Source: Mustelus asterias
Lineage: Eukaryota
Direction of reading: 5' to 3'
Assembly (NCBI RefSeq): GCF_964213995.1
Contig: NC_135813.1
Location: 81,034,001-81,098,000, forward strand
Length of the DNA stretch: 64,000 nucleotides
The notes beneath the pieces were generated by a model. It was not told the DNA's origin, did no database searches, and saw nothing but the letters and a program-made list of their open reading frames with translations. The position numbers and the translations under genes are program-made. This document shows positions 61,216-64,000 of this stretch, in pieces (within the stretch, counting starts at the first letter, position 1; every line of letters starts with the position of its first letter).

Positions 61216-61930
61216 GTAAGGCCCATATTTTTGTTTTGTTCTGCTTATCTTGCTACACTTTGCTGTTCAGCCAACAAGGTTGGGATTGAAATTAAATCCA
61301 TTAAGCTTCAGTTCTTTTGCTAATGTATAGATTTATTGAGATATCATTATATAATCGCTCAGTATCACAATCAGTGGATTTCTGTTCTTCAGAGTTCAGT
61401 GTGAATTCTCTCCCTGATGCATGTCAATAAATCCTACTCTCATTGCAAGCAAAGATGCTCTTTTGAACACCACTATTGTAATAATGTAACTATTAGATGC
61501 AGGTTAAGTTGCCTGTCAGTGTATTACACAAGTTAGGAGTGAGGGCTAAGCGGCAGAAATGTCAGTAAGTGTAAGACGTATTCTTTTAAAAACACAACAA
61601 TAATTACACTCTTGAGTTGAAGGAGGCTCTGTGTTGTGGACAAACATTATTATTTGGGCACAGGTCCAGGTTCATGGGACATGAAATGCAACACCTTGGG
61701 TTAATAAGGCTGTAGAAAAGCTGGATTTTGTCTCGATATATAGAATGGAAAAGGCAAAAGGGAATGATGAGAATATATGAAACTGTAATGAGATCTCCAA
61801 GCATTGTGTGTAGTATTGGACACCACATGAGGAAGAGTTTTGAGGCTTTGACCAGTTACAATGCAGGTTCACCGGAATTCTCCCTGGTATTAGGAAATAT
61901 AATGTTTTTAAATTTGGTCATGGGATATCA

Positions 61931-61970
61931 GAGCTCTGACGAAGGGTATCTAGACTTGAAACGTTGGCTC
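61931..61970 (+). ncRNA. Minimal type I hammerhead ribozyme motif in a short Penelope-type terminal fragment
   Basis: GAGCU-CUGACGA-A-GGGU(AUCUAG)ACUU-GAAACGUU-GGCUC; related fragments on the minus strand at ~7170-7290, 46925-47020 and 52545-52678. Confidence 0.6.
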
Positions 61971-62439
61971 TATTCTCTCCGCACAGGATACTGTCAGACC
62001 TACTGAGATTTTCCGATGCTGTACCATACCAGTTTTTGAATGTTTGTTGTGTTATTTATGAAAAAGGGAAGCATCTTCCAGAAAAAATTTTTTTTTTAAA
62101 ATTGAGGGCTTGTTAAAACATACACGATCATGAGGAGACTTGACACGGTGGCTGCTGAAACAGTGTTTTCCCTTTTAGGAGAGGCCAGAACTAGGCCTCA
62201 CAGTTTAAAAGCAAGAGGTTTCCCAATTAAGGCGGAGATGAGAAGAATTTCTTTTTCTCGCAGGGTCGTGAATGTTTGGAACTCTTTCCCAAGAGCAGTG
62301 GACGCAAGATCAATTAATATTTTTAAGGCAGTCAGGGAGATTCTTGACTAACAATGGACTCAAAGGTTAAGTCTCCGCCAATTCTGAATTGACGAAGGCT
62401 TAGCACCAATCCATGAGCAAAGGATATTTTTCTGTGTTG

Positions 62440-62735
62440 CAAATGTTAGGATGTCCTACAACCTTTTCCCATTAGTATCAATTATCTTTTTATCTGGGAG
62501 ATCCAGAATGAAGTGCAAAGGATGGAATTATATAAGGTCATGTCCAAAATCTTCTCAAGCTCATGAAGGATATTAAACCAGTAGGATTTAATTTTGACAC
62601 AGTACTGAGAGTACTGCAGATTGTTCCCTGTGCCCTCCTTGCATTTTTGGCACAATGAGAATATAGCAGGGTCAAACTTGTGTCTTAAGTTTGGAGTAAT
62701 ATGCAGATGGTGCAATATCTTAAGCTGAGTTTGTT
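62440..62735 (-). mobile_element. L1-clade ORF2 C-terminal fragment
   Basis: QLKILHHLHITP..LCQKCKEGTG...YCVKIKSYW resembles the L1/Tx1 Cys-rich C-terminal domain. Confidence 0.6.
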
Positions 62736-64000
62736 ATAGAGTCATAGAAGTTTACAGCATAGAGGAAACGGGCACTTCAGCCTAACTAGTCCATCCTGCC
62801 CAGTTTTTAACCACTAAGCTAATCTCAATTTGTAGAATCATAGAATCCCTACAGTGCAGAGGAGGCCATTCAGCACATCAAGTCTGCACCGACCACAATT
62901 CCACCCAGGCCCTACTCCCGTAACCCCACATATTTACCTTGCCAATCCCCTGACACTAAGGGTCAATTTTAGCATGGCTAATCAAGCTAACCAGCACGTT
63001 TTTGGACTATGGGAGGAAACCGGAGCACCCGGAGGAAACCCATGTAGACATGGGGAGAATGTGCAAACTCCACACAGACAGTGACCCAAGGCCAGAATTG
63101 AACCCGGGTCCCTGGCACTGTGAGGCAGCTGTGCTAACCACTGTGCCACCGTGCCGCCCATGTTTGGCCCATATCTCTCCATACCAATCTTCCCAGTATA
63201 ACTAATTGCTTTTTAAAAGACAAAATTGTACCGGCCTCTACTACTACTTCTGGCAGCTCGTTCCAGAGACAACCCTCAGTGTGAAAAATTGCCCCTCTGA
63301 CCCTTTTGTATCTCTCCCCTCTCACCATAAACCAATGCCTCTAGTTTTAGACTCCCCTACTTTTGGGAAAAGATGTTGACTAACCAGCTGATCTATGCCC
63401 CTCATTATTTTATAGATCTCTATAAGATCACCTCATAGCCCCCTACACTCCAGGGAAAAAAGTCCCAGTCAATTCAGCCATCACTTTATAACTCAAACCA
63501 ATAAGCCCCGGTAGCACCCTGGTAAATCTTTTCTGCACTCTTTCTGCTTTAATAATATCATTTCTATAATAAGGTGACCAGAACTGTACACAATATTCCA
63601 AGTGTGGCCTTGCCAATGTCTTGTACAACTTCAACAAGACGTCCCAACTCCTGTATTCAATGTTCTGACCAATGAAACTAAGCATGCCGAATGCTACCTT
63701 CACCACCCTATCCACCTGTGACTCCACTTTCAAGGAGCTATGAACCTGTACCCTAGATCACTTTGTTCTATAACTCTCCCCAATGTGCTACCATTAACTG
63801 AGTAAGTCCTGCCCTGGTTCGATCTACCAAAATGCATCACCTCGCATTTATCTAAATTAAATTCCATCTGCCATTCATCAGCCTACTGGCCCATATGATC
63901 AAGATCCCTAGATAACATTCTTCACTGTCCACTATGCCACCAATCTTGGTGTCATCAGCAAACGTACTAACCATAATACTCATTCAAATCATTAATATAA
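62736..64000 (-). mobile_element. CR1 LINE 3' fragment interrupted by a V-SINE; continues beyond the window
   Basis: ORF 63733-63443 with [15 protein letters not shown]. Confidence 0.9.
62833..63158 (-). mobile_element. V-SINE, tail type A, inserted into CR1
   Basis: Head, V-domain and type A tail. Confidence 0.88.

Noticed and set aside
1-64000. CRISPR arrays, operons or other prokaryotic systems
   Set aside because: The sequence is a spliced vertebrate gene with eukaryotic retroelements; no regularly spaced repeat-spacer array was seen.

Overview
This is vertebrate intronic/exonic DNA, very probably from a shark or other cartilaginous fish (inferred from HE1-type V-SINEs, abundant CR1, Rex1 and Penelope elements). 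The + strand carries 13 internal coding exons (1373-61215) of an MPHOSPH9 orthologue. All use canonical AG/GT splice sites with consistent phases; the gene start and end lie outside the window. Introns are dominated by transposable elements: CR1 LINEs, a second CR1/L2-group LINE family, Rex1, an L1 fragment, two Penelope copies, V-SINEs with two different 3' tails, a decayed Gypsy element, a hAT MITE and GC-rich Harbinger-like MITEs. The most unusual feature is an antisense, 5'-deleted endogenous retrovirus-like element (9557-~15690). It has a frameshifted ~650-codon envelope gene whose post-furin subunit is ~450 aa and fusion(F)-protein-like (lokiretrovirus- or foamy-like rather than gamma-type), followed by a PPT and a 3' LTR split by nested CR1 and Penelope insertions. 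Other points of note are minimal hammerhead ribozyme motifs in Penelope-type termini, a V-SINE subfamily with a Rex1-like tail, and an exon whose two boundaries are the identical sequence TTTCAG|GTAAAT. Protein and repeat identifications rest on recalled family motifs; no database search was run.
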